A DNA stretch of 64,000 bases, from positions 832,001 through 896,000 of the forward strand of contig OZ241456.1 of the NCBI GenBank assembly GCA_965200875.1, in the 5' to 3' direction. The notes under the pieces are model-generated. The model had not been told where the DNA came from. It was given only the letters and a program-made list of their open reading frames with translations, and searched no databases. Both the position numbers and the translations under genes were made by a program. This DNA comes from Bdellovibrionales bacterium. Its GTDB lineage: Bacteria; Bdellovibrionota; Bdellovibrionia; Bdellovibrionales; UBA1609. Shown here piece by piece: positions 50,173 to 60,231 of the stretch (the first letter of the stretch is position 1; the number at the start of each line of letters is the position of its first letter).

Positions 50173-50272
50173 TTTTTTTACGGAATATTATTCAAAATTT
50201 TACAAACTGAAAGGGCTTGTTACTTGTTTTTTACTGTTTATTGTATCATTTGTCTACGGTGGTGAAACTATT

Positions 50273-51352
50273 TTGGAAATAAAACAAAGTGCTCCAAACA
50301 CTAAAAAAGCAGTTCAGACAGCCATACAACAGGTATCCAACGATTTGATGGAACAATTTATTGAACCAAAAAAATTAAAGGAACAAAAAAAACAAATACA
50401 AAAAATAATATCAACATATTCCAACCGTTATATCTTGTATACGCATACGGCTTCACCAACAAAAAAGGATGATTTTTTTGTTATCACTGTAACAATCGGA
50501 TTTTCAGAGGAAAATCTGAAAAAAATTTTACTGGAAGAGGATCTTTTTTATTCCGGTGCTTCTCAGCTGAGAATTTTGCCTCTTATTTTATTTGAAGATC
50601 TGGTGGAGCGGGAAAGCTACGGCTGGTGGAGAGAGAAAAAAACAGGTTCTAAAGATATAAAACAGCAAATTAACACATTTTACAACCAGATACAGGAAAC
50701 ACTGATGTCTTATGGCTTTTTTCTCATCAACCCGGAACAGGCGGGTAGCGTCTATTTTATCCCGGAAGATCTAAAATTTAAAACCCCAAAAAAAAGCAGT
50801 ATTTTTAAGTTGGCTCAATTTTTTCAATCCCATCTTGTGATGGCTGGGTCCGTGAAAATCAGAGAATCTGATATAGATTCCATTTTAAATTTAAAGCTGA
50901 CGATTGCCGTTTATCATGCAAAAAGTGGTCGATTATTGTCAGAAATAGAACGGCTTGAAAAAATTCCGAGGAAGAAAAACCAGAAAGTTATGCCTGTTGC
51001 CTTTTTTTTGAAAAAAAACAAAAACTTTGCAAAAGGACTGGGAGCACAACTTAAATACATCTACCAAGCCGGTCAAATTTCATCCAACCTGCTCAAAATC
51101 ACTGTAAAAGGAAACCTGAGTTACAGATCTTCCAACCAATTTCAACGGCTGTTGATCTCCAAGATCAAAAATATAAAAGATCTGACAGAAAATATCATCA
51201 AATTTGATTCCATTACTTACATAGCAAACACAAACGCTGATATTGAGAATATTTCACAAAAAATCAAAGACACTTTGTTTCCTGGTTTTTATGTTTATGT
51301 CTCCAAGGTCAAAAAAAATGAAATTACTTTAAAGGTGGCTCTCAAAAAATAA
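50273..51352 (+). CDS. Hypothetical (probably exported) protein
   Basis: 359-aa ORF. The in-frame upstream sequence from CTG 50207 encodes a signal-peptide-like stretch. Confidence 0.75.
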   Translation: MEIKQSAPNTKKAVQTAIQQVSNDLMEQFIEPKKLKEQKKQIQKIISTYSNRYILYTHTASPTKKDDFFVITVTIGFSEENLKKILLEEDLFYSGASQLRILPLILFEDLVERESYGWWREKKTGSKDIKQQINTFYNQIQETLMSYGFFLINPEQAGSVYFIPEDLKFKTPKKSSIFKLAQFFQSHLVMAGSVKIRESDIDSILNLKLTIAVYHAKSGRLLSEIERLEKIPRKKNQKVMPVAFFLKKNKNFAKGLGAQLKYIYQAGQISSNLLKITVKGNLSYRSSNQFQRLLISKIKNIKDLTENIIKFDSITYIANTNADIENISQKIKDTLFPGFYVYVSKVKKNEITLKVALKK

Positions 51353-51374
51353 CATACTTTTTCAAGGGCCACTA
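51350..51374 (-). repeat. Isolated terminal repeat of the MITE-like family
   Basis: The minus strand reads TAGTGGCCCTTGAAAAAGTATGTTA, spanning the gap between two convergent stops. Confidence 0.8.
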
Positions 51375-51953
51375 CTTAAGGATAACTTTAATAGAGTGAA
51401 TTATTGCATCAGGTGGTCTGTGTTTTCCGGTTATGGGTGGGAAGTGTGCGGGATTAAAAATGTGATATTCTAGATCTTTATAATTTTGGACAACATACTC
51501 TGTGATTTCTGCAGGTTTGGGGTTAGCGTTGATATTAAGATATAAAGTCAGTGTAGTTGCATTATAAGGTTTTACAGGCGTATGGTAAGTCGCTGAACCT
51601 AAAAAAGCCCAAAACAGGGAATCCAGTTTTTCGGAATCAGCATTATGGGACACAATACTCATGCGGTATGTTTTGTTTGTCCTTCTGTTAAAAAAATATC
51701 CAAGAGGGCTGTTATTAATGTAGCGAAATTTTTTTGTTTTGTTTTCTCTATTAATCAGAGCAACAGAACCGGCAGGTACAGAATAACTTTTTGTAAAATC
51801 AAAAGTAACTTCTGAAGGCACATCATACTGATATTCGAAAGAATGATGATTTTTTTCCTTACAGTTGGCACTCAAGCTGACAAAAACAAAAAAGAAAATA
51901 CATATTTTTTTCATATCTTTTCCTGACTTCAGCAGAGTTATCAATATTTGCAA
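51372..51953 (-). CDS. Hypothetical secreted protein
   Basis: Signal peptide MKKICIFFFVFVSLSA. The start is probably ATG 51914. Confidence 0.7.
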   Translation of the reverse strand: MQILITLLKSGKDMKKICIFFFVFVSLSANCKEKNHHSFEYQYDVPSEVTFDFTKSYSVPAGSVALINRENKTKKFRYINNSPLGYFFNRRTNKTYRMSIVSHNADSEKLDSLFWAFLGSATYHTPVKPYNATTLTLYLNINANPKPAEITEYVVQNYKDLEYHIFNPAHFPPITGKHRPPDAIIHSIKVILK

Positions 51954-52031
51954 TATTTAAAATGTTTCATTATATTGATACAGATTTATATTTGAATTTA
52001 CCAGTATTTTTTCACAATATGAAAGGATAAA

Positions 52032-52724
52032 ATGGCAAAATCCGGTTTTAATTTCACTCAGTCACAAAGTTCTGTCGCTACTTTCAGTATTCAGTCTATA
52101 TGGAAAGGTAAAATACCTTATCAAAAAAGCCTGATTTCACAAGAGCAATTAAAAGATCAAATTTGTAAAAGCCAAAAAGCTTTTTTCATGGGTTTCGAGT
52201 GTCCAGCCTGTATTACTTTGGGGTTAAGAGGGAAAAAAGAAAAAGACCTAAGTAGCACTATTGAAGAGTACAAAAAAAAGCAAATAGAAGTTTTGACTGT
52301 CAAACGAGGAGGACAAGCCACTTTGCACGCCCCTGGACAGCTGGTTATTTATCCAATTATGGATCTGTTAAAATGGAAAATCCGTCCACGGGATTTTTTA
52401 TCTCTTTTAGAACAAATCACAATAACCACTTTAAAAGAGTATGGAGTGTCTACAGAAAAGACAGAAGACTCAGCCGGACTTTTTACAGAAAAAGGAAAAA
52501 TTGCTTTTTTTGGCATTCATATTTCAAGAGGAGTGAGTCAGCATGGGTTGGCTATCAATGTGCGAAATGATTTAGCACTTTTCAACTTAATCAGAAGTTG
52601 TGGTATATCTCATCGCCCGCATGATTCTTTTCAAAATCAAGGTGTGTGTTCGGATTTAAAAAGGGTTTTTTCTTGCTGGTGTAAAACAGCAAAATCCATT
52701 TTTTATTCCCGTGTGATGACTTAG
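52032..52724 (+). CDS. lipB: Lipoyl(octanoyl) transferase
   Basis: ITLG, RGGQATLHAPGQLVIYPI, KIA..G, HGLAINV and F..I.SCG motifs. Confidence 0.92.
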   Translation: MAKSGFNFTQSQSSVATFSIQSIWKGKIPYQKSLISQEQLKDQICKSQKAFFMGFECPACITLGLRGKKEKDLSSTIEEYKKKQIEVLTVKRGGQATLHAPGQLVIYPIMDLLKWKIRPRDFLSLLEQITITTLKEYGVSTEKTEDSAGLFTEKGKIAFFGIHISRGVSQHGLAINVRNDLALFNLIRSCGISHRPHDSFQNQGVCSDLKRVFSCWCKTAKSIFYSRVMT

Positions 52725-52876
52725 TCGTGCATATAAAAGGTTTAGTGGGGGAGTTTTTTATAAAGTCAAATATCGAGAATTATTGCAGATCACTGTCTAG
52801 GGCGGATGCCAACCAAAACTGGTCGTCTGGTTTTTATTTGTTTGTAAAAAGAAAATGGTAGTGGTATAGTGTAAAT

Positions 52877-53215
52877 ATGGAAACTTTAGGAACACTTGTA
52901 CCTTTGGCTACTTTTATTATTGCCTTTTGTTCTTTATTAGGTGGGCTTGGTTTTGTCTTTAATCTTTTATTAGGGCCAATAAAAGTAAGTCTGGACCAGA
53001 TGAAGGACAATATGAACCATTTTCAGAAAGATATGGACCAGATGAAGGACAATCTGAACAATTTTAAGAACGATATGAACAATTTTAAGAACAATATGGA
53101 CCATTTTAAGCAAGATATGGACCAGGTTAAGGGCAATCAGGCGCGTATGGAACAACGAATGGATAAAATCGAGCTAAAGCTTGATCATTTACTTGAGTCA
53201 CAATCTCCTAAGTAA
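52877..53215 (+). CDS. Small TM plus heptad-repeat coiled-coil protein
   Basis: Hydrophobic N-terminus, 21-nt repeats (MDQMKDN/MNNFKND) and a KLDHLL end. Confidence 0.8.
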   Translation: METLGTLVPLATFIIAFCSLLGGLGFVFNLLLGPIKVSLDQMKDNMNHFQKDMDQMKDNLNNFKNDMNNFKNNMDHFKQDMDQVKGNQARMEQRMDKIELKLDHLLESQSPK

Positions 53216-53232
53216 AGAGATATAGATATATA

Positions 53233-54663
53233 ATGACTTCTTATGTTAATCTTCTATTTGAGAAAATCAATTCTTTTATAGCTCAAATCACTTTTTTTGA
53301 TATTTTGTTTTTCATAGAAAAAGTGGAGATTCCCTTTGTTGTAGGGCTTCTTTGCTTTTGTGCTTTGTACTTCACTTTGAAAATGCGTTTTATAAATATT
53401 CGTTTTTTCAAACACGCCATTGATTTGGTATTGGGCAAATACAGTGCCAAAGAAAAACCCGGAGAAATCAGCCACTTTAAAGCTTTAACAACAGCTCTTT
53501 CCGCGACAGTAGGATTGGGCAATATCGCTGGTGTGGCGGTGGCTATTTCTGTAGGAGGACCTGGAGCCACTTTTTGGATGATTGTTATGGGTATTTTAAG
53601 CATGAGCACTAAGTTTACGGAATGCACTTTAGGAGTGATGTACAGGGAAAAAAGAAAAGATGGTCGATTGATGGGTGGGCCTATGGAATATTTAAAAAAA
53701 GGTTTGAAGGATATAGGCTTTCCTCGTACCGGTGCTTTTTTGTCTATTGCTTTTTGTTTAATGTGTATTGGTGGTTCTTTTGGAGGGGGAACTGCTTTTC
53801 AGGTCAATCAATCCCTTACGGCTATTAGCCTCAGTGTGCCTTTTTTAGCAGATTATAATTGGGTTTATGGACTTATTATGGTTTTGCTGGTGGGAGTTGT
53901 TATTATTGGTGGCATTAAAAGGATAGCGTTGGTGGCCAGCCGGGTTGTTCCTTTTATGTGTGGAACTTATGTATTGATGGCTTGTTATATTCTTTTGGTT
54001 TCCTATCATAAAATTCCAGAGGCTTTTCTTACAATTTTACAAGGGGCTTTTACTCCTGAATCCGCTTATGGTGGTTTTTTGGGTGTTTTGGTGGTGGGTA
54101 TGAAAAGGGCTGTATTTTCCAATGAGGCAGGATTGGGTTCTGCTGCGATTGCTCACTCTGTGGCCAAGGTAAATCATCCCGTGGAAGAAGGTGCTGTAGC
54201 TCTATTGGAGCCTTTTATTGACACAGTTTTGGTTTGCACCATAACTGCCTTGGTGATTGTTATTACCGGAGCTTATGAGAACCCTGAGTATGTGGAATTA
54301 GTCAAACAACAAAAAGGAGCCGCCCTCACCAGCAGTGCCATGAGTGAAGTGGTAAGCTGGTTTCCATACATACTGAGTCTGGCTGTTTTTCTCTTTGCTT
54401 TTTCCACTATTATTTCTTGGTCTTATTATGGCGAAAGATGTTTTTCTTTTGTGTTTGGCGACAAGCGATCTTTAATTTATAAAATTCTCTTGCTGATTAT
54501 TGTTTTCTTGGGTTCCATTGCCACCTCCAAAAATATTATGGATTTTGGTGATTTGATGATTCTTGGCATGGCCTTTCCCAATTTGATTGGAGTTGTATGG
54601 CTCAGTAATAAGGTCAGGAAAAGCCTGAAGGAATATCAGAAAAAACGAAAAAACGAAAAATGA
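53233..54663 (+). CDS. Alanine/glycine:cation symporter (AGCS family)
   Basis: ALSATVGLGNIAGVA, GGPGATFWM, FSNEAGLGS and EPFIDT motifs. Confidence 0.96.
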   Translation: MTSYVNLLFEKINSFIAQITFFDILFFIEKVEIPFVVGLLCFCALYFTLKMRFINIRFFKHAIDLVLGKYSAKEKPGEISHFKALTTALSATVGLGNIAGVAVAISVGGPGATFWMIVMGILSMSTKFTECTLGVMYREKRKDGRLMGGPMEYLKKGLKDIGFPRTGAFLSIAFCLMCIGGSFGGGTAFQVNQSLTAISLSVPFLADYNWVYGLIMVLLVGVVIIGGIKRIALVASRVVPFMCGTYVLMACYILLVSYHKIPEAFLTILQGAFTPESAYGGFLGVLVVGMKRAVFSNEAGLGSAAIAHSVAKVNHPVEEGAVALLEPFIDTVLVCTITALVIVITGAYENPEYVELVKQQKGAALTSSAMSEVVSWFPYILSLAVFLFAFSTIISWSYYGERCFSFVFGDKRSLIYKILLLIIVFLGSIATSKNIMDFGDLMILGMAFPNLIGVVWLSNKVRKSLKEYQKKRKNEK

Positions 54664-55493
54664 AAATAAATATCATTACTCTATTTCCTGATTTTTTCAA
54701 ATCCCCTTTGGAAACTGGAGTGTTGGGGCGTGCTTTGCACACTGGTCTTATAAGCATTGGTTTCACAAACCCCAGAGATTTTGCTGAAGACAAATATCAG
54801 AGTGTGGATGACAGTCCCTTTGGCGGTGGGGACAGCATGGTGATGAAATATGAAACTTTGAAAAAATCTCTGGAATTTTTACACAACAAAAACCCGGAGA
54901 ATGCCAAAGGACACACTGTTTGTTTAAGCCCTCAAGGGGAAAAATGGGATTACAGGAAGGCACGGGCTTATGCGAAAAAAAAAGACGCATTGACCTTTAT
55001 ATGTGGTCGTTATGGAGGGATGGATCAGAGGTTTATTAACGAATATGTCACTCAGGAAATATCAGTGGGGGATTATGTTCTAACAGGAGGAGAGCCAGCA
55101 ATGTTGGTGATATTAGATTCCTTGTCCCGATTCATCAAAGGTACTTTGGGAAACAAATATTCCGCAGATGAGGAAAGCTTTGAGTGTCAGGGTTTGTTGG
55201 AAGCCCCTCAATGGACTAGGCCAAGGGAAATACTAGGTTATAAAATCCCGGAGGTGGTTTTTTCAGGTCATCATAAGGATATTAAACAATTTCGTTATTT
55301 TATGTCCATTTTTATAACAGCTCTGAAACGATCCGATTTATTGGCACTCAGTTCGGCTAAAAACGATTTGCCAAAAGCAATAAAAATGGTTCAGGCTTTT
55401 TCAAAAAAGGAATTGAAAGCCTGTGGAATCTGCAAAGAAGATTTATCAGCTGTTAAAAAATGGATATCCAAACAGGATATAACTCATTCTTGA
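54660..55493 (+). CDS. trmD: tRNA (guanine-N1)-methyltransferase
   Basis: ITLFP, VDDSPFGGG, LSPQG, ICGRY and SVGDYVLTGGE motifs. Confidence 0.97.
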   Translation: MKINIITLFPDFFKSPLETGVLGRALHTGLISIGFTNPRDFAEDKYQSVDDSPFGGGDSMVMKYETLKKSLEFLHNKNPENAKGHTVCLSPQGEKWDYRKARAYAKKKDALTFICGRYGGMDQRFINEYVTQEISVGDYVLTGGEPAMLVILDSLSRFIKGTLGNKYSADEESFECQGLLEAPQWTRPREILGYKIPEVVFSGHHKDIKQFRYFMSIFITALKRSDLLALSSAKNDLPKAIKMVQAFSKKELKACGICKEDLSAVKKWISKQDITHS

Positions 55494-55559
55494 CATAGAT
55501 TGGTTCAGGATGATAGAAATTTTATAAAACTGGAAAAACCTAAAATCAAAAGGTAAATA

Positions 55560-55922
55560 ATGGATATTGTGGATTCTTATGTAGCAAAAACTCAAAAACA
55601 TATAGATTTTCCAGCTCAAGTAGGGGACACCTTGGATGTATATGTTCGCTTCCAAGAAGCCGGCAAAGAACGGACACAAGTTTTCAGTGGAGTAGTTTTA
55701 AAAATTCAGGGTAAAAAAAGCTCTCGTTCTTTTACAGTAAGAAAAGTGTCAGATGGAGTGGGAGTGGAGAGAACTTTTCCCTTGGCCAGTCCGGCTGTAA
55801 AACAGGTGAAAGTGCTCTCAAAAGCTAAAGTTCGTCGCGCACGCCTGTTTTACTTGAGACAACGCAAAGGTCGTTCTGCCCGACTAAAAACAATAGCCCC
55901 TGTTTCCGCGAAAAAACAATAA
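55560..55922 (+). CDS. rplS: 50S ribosomal protein L19
   Basis: FTVRKVS.GVGVERTFP and VRRARLFYLR motifs. Confidence 0.97.
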   Translation: MDIVDSYVAKTQKHIDFPAQVGDTLDVYVRFQEAGKERTQVFSGVVLKIQGKKSSRSFTVRKVSDGVGVERTFPLASPAVKQVKVLSKAKVRRARLFYLRQRKGRSARLKTIAPVSAKKQ

Positions 55923-56025
55923 TAAATTGCAAGAAACATGTTTTCTGCTTGCGTTATTTTCCAAATTCTCCCCTATAGTGCCTTGACAATCTGCTTATAC
56001 GAAAATCCCTGTATTTTTAAAAAGA

Positions 56026-56355
56026 TTAAAACTCCAAATCAAAACTTTGCACATTTTCTTTTTGATCCACTATAGCCAGCTGAATCTGAACTGGCTTTTT
56101 ATTCTGTTCACAAAAAGCAGAAAAAGCTCGTGACAGTCTGCTTCTTTGGTATTTGCTTACAGGATATTCTCTTCTCCAGGAATTATCTGATTTTACTTCC
56201 ACCAACAGGAAGGCATTGGCATTTTCCAATATTAAATCAATTTCCACTCCGGCTATTTTCTGATTTTTGGCAATCAATTTCCAGCCTTTTTTTCGAAAAA
56301 ACTCCAAAGCTGTTTGTTCACAAAATTGCCCTTTTTTTAAATTTTCACTGGTCAT
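56026..56355 (-). CDS. YraN family protein
   Basis: G...E..A, EIDLI and LVEVK motifs. Confidence 0.85.
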   Translation of the reverse strand: MTSENLKKGQFCEQTALEFFRKKGWKLIAKNQKIAGVEIDLILENANAFLLVEVKSDNSWRREYPVSKYQRSRLSRAFSAFCEQNKKPVQIQLAIVDQKENVQSFDLEF

Positions 56356-56489
56356 ATTATTTTATAGGTTCTTTTAGTGGTCTTTGAGACTATGGAAGTT
56401 TTTAAGTAAAGTCAAAAATTTGTTATTGTCATTTGACTTTTTCCAGTTTTTGATGTCCACTCAGGTTTTTTACCCTTGGTAAGATCGAA

Positions 56490-56807
56490 ATGAGTAAAAT
56501 AAAAAACTTTCTTCTTGTTTTTTTACTTTTGTGTTTTTTTGTCGGTTCTGCTTTCTTTTTACCGCGTTGGTTGGTTGCCAGTTTTGGTGAATCACATTTT
56601 ATTTCCAGTTACCTGTATCTTTACATATCAGGCATACCTTTTTTTGTTTTAGGCTTATGGTTGTTAGTGCGCTCTAAGGCGATAAATTTTAAAATTTCAG
56701 GAGAAAAAATGTGGCTACTTTTTTTTGTTCTGAGTTTTGTTTGGAATGTAGTGCTTCACGGAGTATGGATTTTGTTAGCTGTTTTGTTTAAAACTGGAAC
56801 GGCTTAA
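56490..56807 (+). CDS. Small membrane protein
   Basis: Three hydrophobic segments. Confidence 0.65.
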   Translation: MSKIKNFLLVFLLLCFFVGSAFFLPRWLVASFGESHFISSYLYLYISGIPFFVLGLWLLVRSKAINFKISGEKMWLLFFVLSFVWNVVLHGVWILLAVLFKTGTA

Positions 56808-57764
56808 TTCTTTTTGAGTGGAGGCAGACAAACCCCAGTGCTGAAACATTTTTTGATCCATTGGCAAATCAGGGTTGGAAGAAGTGAGAAGTTTTTCTCC
56901 GATAAAAATGGAATTTGCGCCTGCGAAAAAACAAAGAAATTGATCAGATTCTGCCATGCCTTCCCGCCCTGCGCTGAGACGAATCATGGACTTTGTCATA
57001 ATAATACGAGCTGTTGCAATAACCCGCACTACTTCCATAGTGGATACTGTTTTTTGACACGCTAAAGGAGTGCCGGGGATGGGAATAAGTTTATTAATTG
57101 TCACACTTTCCGGTTGTGGGTCAAAAACAGCCAGCTGATGTAAAAATTCTATTCTGTCTTGTGCTGATTCCCCCATGCCTAATATACCACCTGTGCAGAC
57201 AGTAAGCCCAGCCTCGCGAACATTTTTGATGGTTTGAATACGATCCTGGTATTTTCGTGTGGTGATGATATTGGGATAAAAGTTTTCGGAACAGTCTATA
57301 TTGTGGTTATAAGCATATAATCCTGCTTGCTTGAGTCTCTTAGCTTGTGATTTTGTGAGCATTCCTAAAGTGCAACATACTTCCATATCCATCTTGTGGA
57401 TAGTGGAGACCATTTCCAAAACACGATCAAAAAGAGGTCCATCTCTGACTTCCCGCCAAGCAGCTCCCATGCAAAAGCGAGTGGCTCCTTTGGCTTTCGC
57501 AGATTTGGCACTAGCAATAACCTTGTCCAGACTCATAAGTTTCTCTTTTTTTACACCAGTTTGATAGTGGGCGGATTGAGGACAGTAAGAGCAGTTTTCA
57601 GAACAGCCTCCAGTTTTTATGGAAAGAAGCATACTGGTTTGTATCTTATTGGGAACAAAGTTTTTGCGATGTATTGTGTGCGCTTTATATAATAAATCCG
57701 GTATAGAAAGCTGATAAATGCTTTTTATTTTTTCAACAGAAATGGTGGAAGGTGATAAGGACAT
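56775..57764 (-). CDS. bioB: Biotin synthase
   Basis: CSENCSYCPQS radical-SAM motif, FCMGAAWR, YNHNID and IRLSAGR. Confidence 0.98.
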   Translation of the reverse strand: MSLSPSTISVEKIKSIYQLSIPDLLYKAHTIHRKNFVPNKIQTSMLLSIKTGGCSENCSYCPQSAHYQTGVKKEKLMSLDKVIASAKSAKAKGATRFCMGAAWREVRDGPLFDRVLEMVSTIHKMDMEVCCTLGMLTKSQAKRLKQAGLYAYNHNIDCSENFYPNIITTRKYQDRIQTIKNVREAGLTVCTGGILGMGESAQDRIEFLHQLAVFDPQPESVTINKLIPIPGTPLACQKTVSTMEVVRVIATARIIMTKSMIRLSAGREGMAESDQFLCFFAGANSIFIGEKLLTSSNPDLPMDQKMFQHWGLSASTQKELSRSSFKQNS

Positions 57765-57822
57765 AAAACAGCCTTTTTTTGCAGGATAGAAGTTAAATCA
57801 ACTTTGTCAACTGTTTTTTGAC

Positions 57823-57899
<77 letters not shown>

Positions 57900-58100
57900 A
57901 TAGCTTGTAAGTGGGAAAACATGTTTGTTTTCAGTGGACTGGAAAAAAGCTATTAACACAATGTTATTATTTTTTTATAATTTTATGGGAAATAATTGCA
58001 AGGAAAACTATTAAAATCTATTATTTTCCTGCAAAAATAAAGGATGTAAAGAGCTGTTTGTTCATATTAACCTCGAGCACAGTAACAGGAGAATGAAATA

Positions 58101-59126
58101 TTGTCTGGAAAACCTTTTTGTGGATTTTTACTAGGTCCAACGGCTGTTGGAAAAACAGCTCTGTCTTTTTATCTGGCCGAAAAATTATCCGTTACGGTTT
58201 TAAACAGTGACAGTATTCAAATGTACAAAGGGTTGGATATTGGTTCTGCAAAACCCAAGTTGTCATCCGGTATGTTTGTTTCAGATAAAATTCCGCAAAA
58301 AAATAAAGATCGACATATACCTCTTTTTGCGCACTCAGATAAAAACTCGAAAAAATATATCCCGTGTTTTTTGTTTGATGAATGGAAACCTCCTTTTATC
58401 TGTACAGCTGGAACCTTCAGAAAAAAAGCTCTTTCGGTTTTGAAACAGGAACTTTCTCACTCTTCTGTTTTAATTGTGGGAGGAAGCGGTTTTTATATTC
58501 AAGCTTTGGAAAAAGGTATGTATCCGATTAAAAACATAAAATTGGAAATCAGAGAAGAAGTAAAAAAAATATATAAAAAAAAAGGATTGGATCATTTGTA
58601 TAAATTGTTGGTTTTTTTGGATCCAAAGTATGCTCATCAGATATCTCCAAAAGATAAGTACAGGATTTTCCGGGGAATATGTATTATTCTTTCCGAGGAA
58701 AAGCCTGTATCTTTAATTCAGGGTTCTTTTCAGGAACAAAAATTCCCCTGGCCTTATGTAAAAATAGGATTGTATATGCCAAGAGAGATTTTAGTGAAAA
58801 GAGTACAGGAGAGGACAGAAAAAATGATTAAAGAAGGTTTAATAGAGGAGACTCAGGTGTTGTTAGGCAGAGGGTTTAAAGAATGGCCAGTGATGAAAAG
58901 CGTGGGGTATAAAGAGGCTATTTTATATTTGGAAAACCATATTTCCAAAGAGGAATTAAAAATCCGTATTATCCATCGCACAATGCGATTTGCGAAAAAG
59001 CAAATGTCTTGGTTTAAAAGAGATAGGAATATTCAGTGGTATTTATCTGAAGAAAAAAATTGGCGAAAAATTTATGATTTCCTTCTAGATTTTTCTTTTA
59101 GCGATGAATGTTCAAAAGTTTATTGA
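58101..59126 (+). CDS. miaA: tRNA dimethylallyltransferase
   Basis: GPTAVGKT, DSIQMYKGLDIGSAKP, VGGSGFY and FAKKQMSWF motifs. Confidence 0.96.
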   Translation: MSGKPFCGFLLGPTAVGKTALSFYLAEKLSVTVLNSDSIQMYKGLDIGSAKPKLSSGMFVSDKIPQKNKDRHIPLFAHSDKNSKKYIPCFLFDEWKPPFICTAGTFRKKALSVLKQELSHSSVLIVGGSGFYIQALEKGMYPIKNIKLEIREEVKKIYKKKGLDHLYKLLVFLDPKYAHQISPKDKYRIFRGICIILSEEKPVSLIQGSFQEQKFPWPYVKIGLYMPREILVKRVQERTEKMIKEGLIEETQVLLGRGFKEWPVMKSVGYKEAILYLENHISKEELKIRIIHRTMRFAKKQMSWFKRDRNIQWYLSEEKNWRKIYDFLLDFSFSDECSKVY

Positions 59127-60027
59127 TAATGTGATTGCATCTTTGAATAGCAAGAGACATTTCTTTTATATCCTCATTTATACTTTTATCAGGATTTTGC
59201 ATTTGTAGATTTTGTAAAAGAGCTTGGATTCCCGCTATAGGGTTATTAAGCTCATGTGCGATACTGCTGGAAATGATACCCATTTCCGCTGATTTGGCAG
59301 ATTCTGCAATTTGATTTTCCACTTTTATTTGTTCTGTAATATCTCTCAGGATAACCAATATGACTTCTGTTTCTGTGTTTTGTAAAATTTTTTGGACAGA
59401 TATTTCAAAAGTCTCTTCGTTTCCGTTTGTAAGTCGCCGTTTTTTCCGTATTTTTTTTGTGTTTGATTGTTGTTTAAGGGAGGTTTCTTTTGTTCCAAAA
59501 AACACAGTTAAGTAATTTTTTTGTAAAAGCTCCGGTTTGGACATTTTGGTTTTTTCCCGGAAGGTTTTGTTTGTTCTTAATATATTTCCTTGTAAATTCG
59601 TCAAGCATATTGGTGTGGCAATGGTATCAAAAGCCAGCTCCCATTGTTCTTTGTTGCTCTTCAACTTTTTTTGTTGCTCTAGGCGAATAATAGCAGATTC
59701 AAGGGCCTTTCCGGTATTTTTTAAGAGCCATTTTTCTGTTTTTGAAATGCCCTGTTCTTTTTTAAACAAGATAAAATAAGTGTTGTTATTGTATGTGAAG
59801 GAATAGTTATAAATGTATTTTGAATTTTTTAGAGATGGCCTGCTGGATTGGAAAACAATGGAATCTACTTGACAAAAACCAAGCAGTTCTTTCTCAGCGA
59901 TAAGCTTTAATTCCTCTTCGGAGTTGCATAAGCCAATAGCCATTACAATTTTTTTTAAAGACACCAGCTGGGCTTTTTTTTTGATAAGTTCTTCCGCGCT
60001 CTCCGGTTTTTTGCGATTGTAAGGCAT
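59098..60027 (-). CDS. PAS plus HisKA protein lacking a HATPase domain
   Basis: WELAFDTI, a PAS-like region, RDITEQ and IAHELNNP. The ORF ends right after the DHp helices. Confidence 0.8.
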   Translation of the reverse strand: MPYNRKKPESAEELIKKKAQLVSLKKIVMAIGLCNSEEELKLIAEKELLGFCQVDSIVFQSSRPSLKNSKYIYNYSFTYNNNTYFILFKKEQGISKTEKWLLKNTGKALESAIIRLEQQKKLKSNKEQWELAFDTIATPICLTNLQGNILRTNKTFREKTKMSKPELLQKNYLTVFFGTKETSLKQQSNTKKIRKKRRLTNGNEETFEISVQKILQNTETEVILVILRDITEQIKVENQIAESAKSAEMGIISSSIAHELNNPIAGIQALLQNLQMQNPDKSINEDIKEMSLAIQRCNHIINKLLNIHR

Positions 60028-60231
60028 AGCTTTTTGAAATATATAATTTTCTCTCAGTTACAGCTGAATATAAGTGTAATGGAATCTTCCTTATAACAGA
60101 AAAGTTTTTTTACGATAAAAACAAAAGTCCAGAATTACCCCTTTACACCACCGGTTGTTTTTGAGGAGGTATTTACTGTTTGACGATTAAAATACTTGAC
60201 CTTTAAGACAGTCTTGGGGGAAAGTGCTTAA

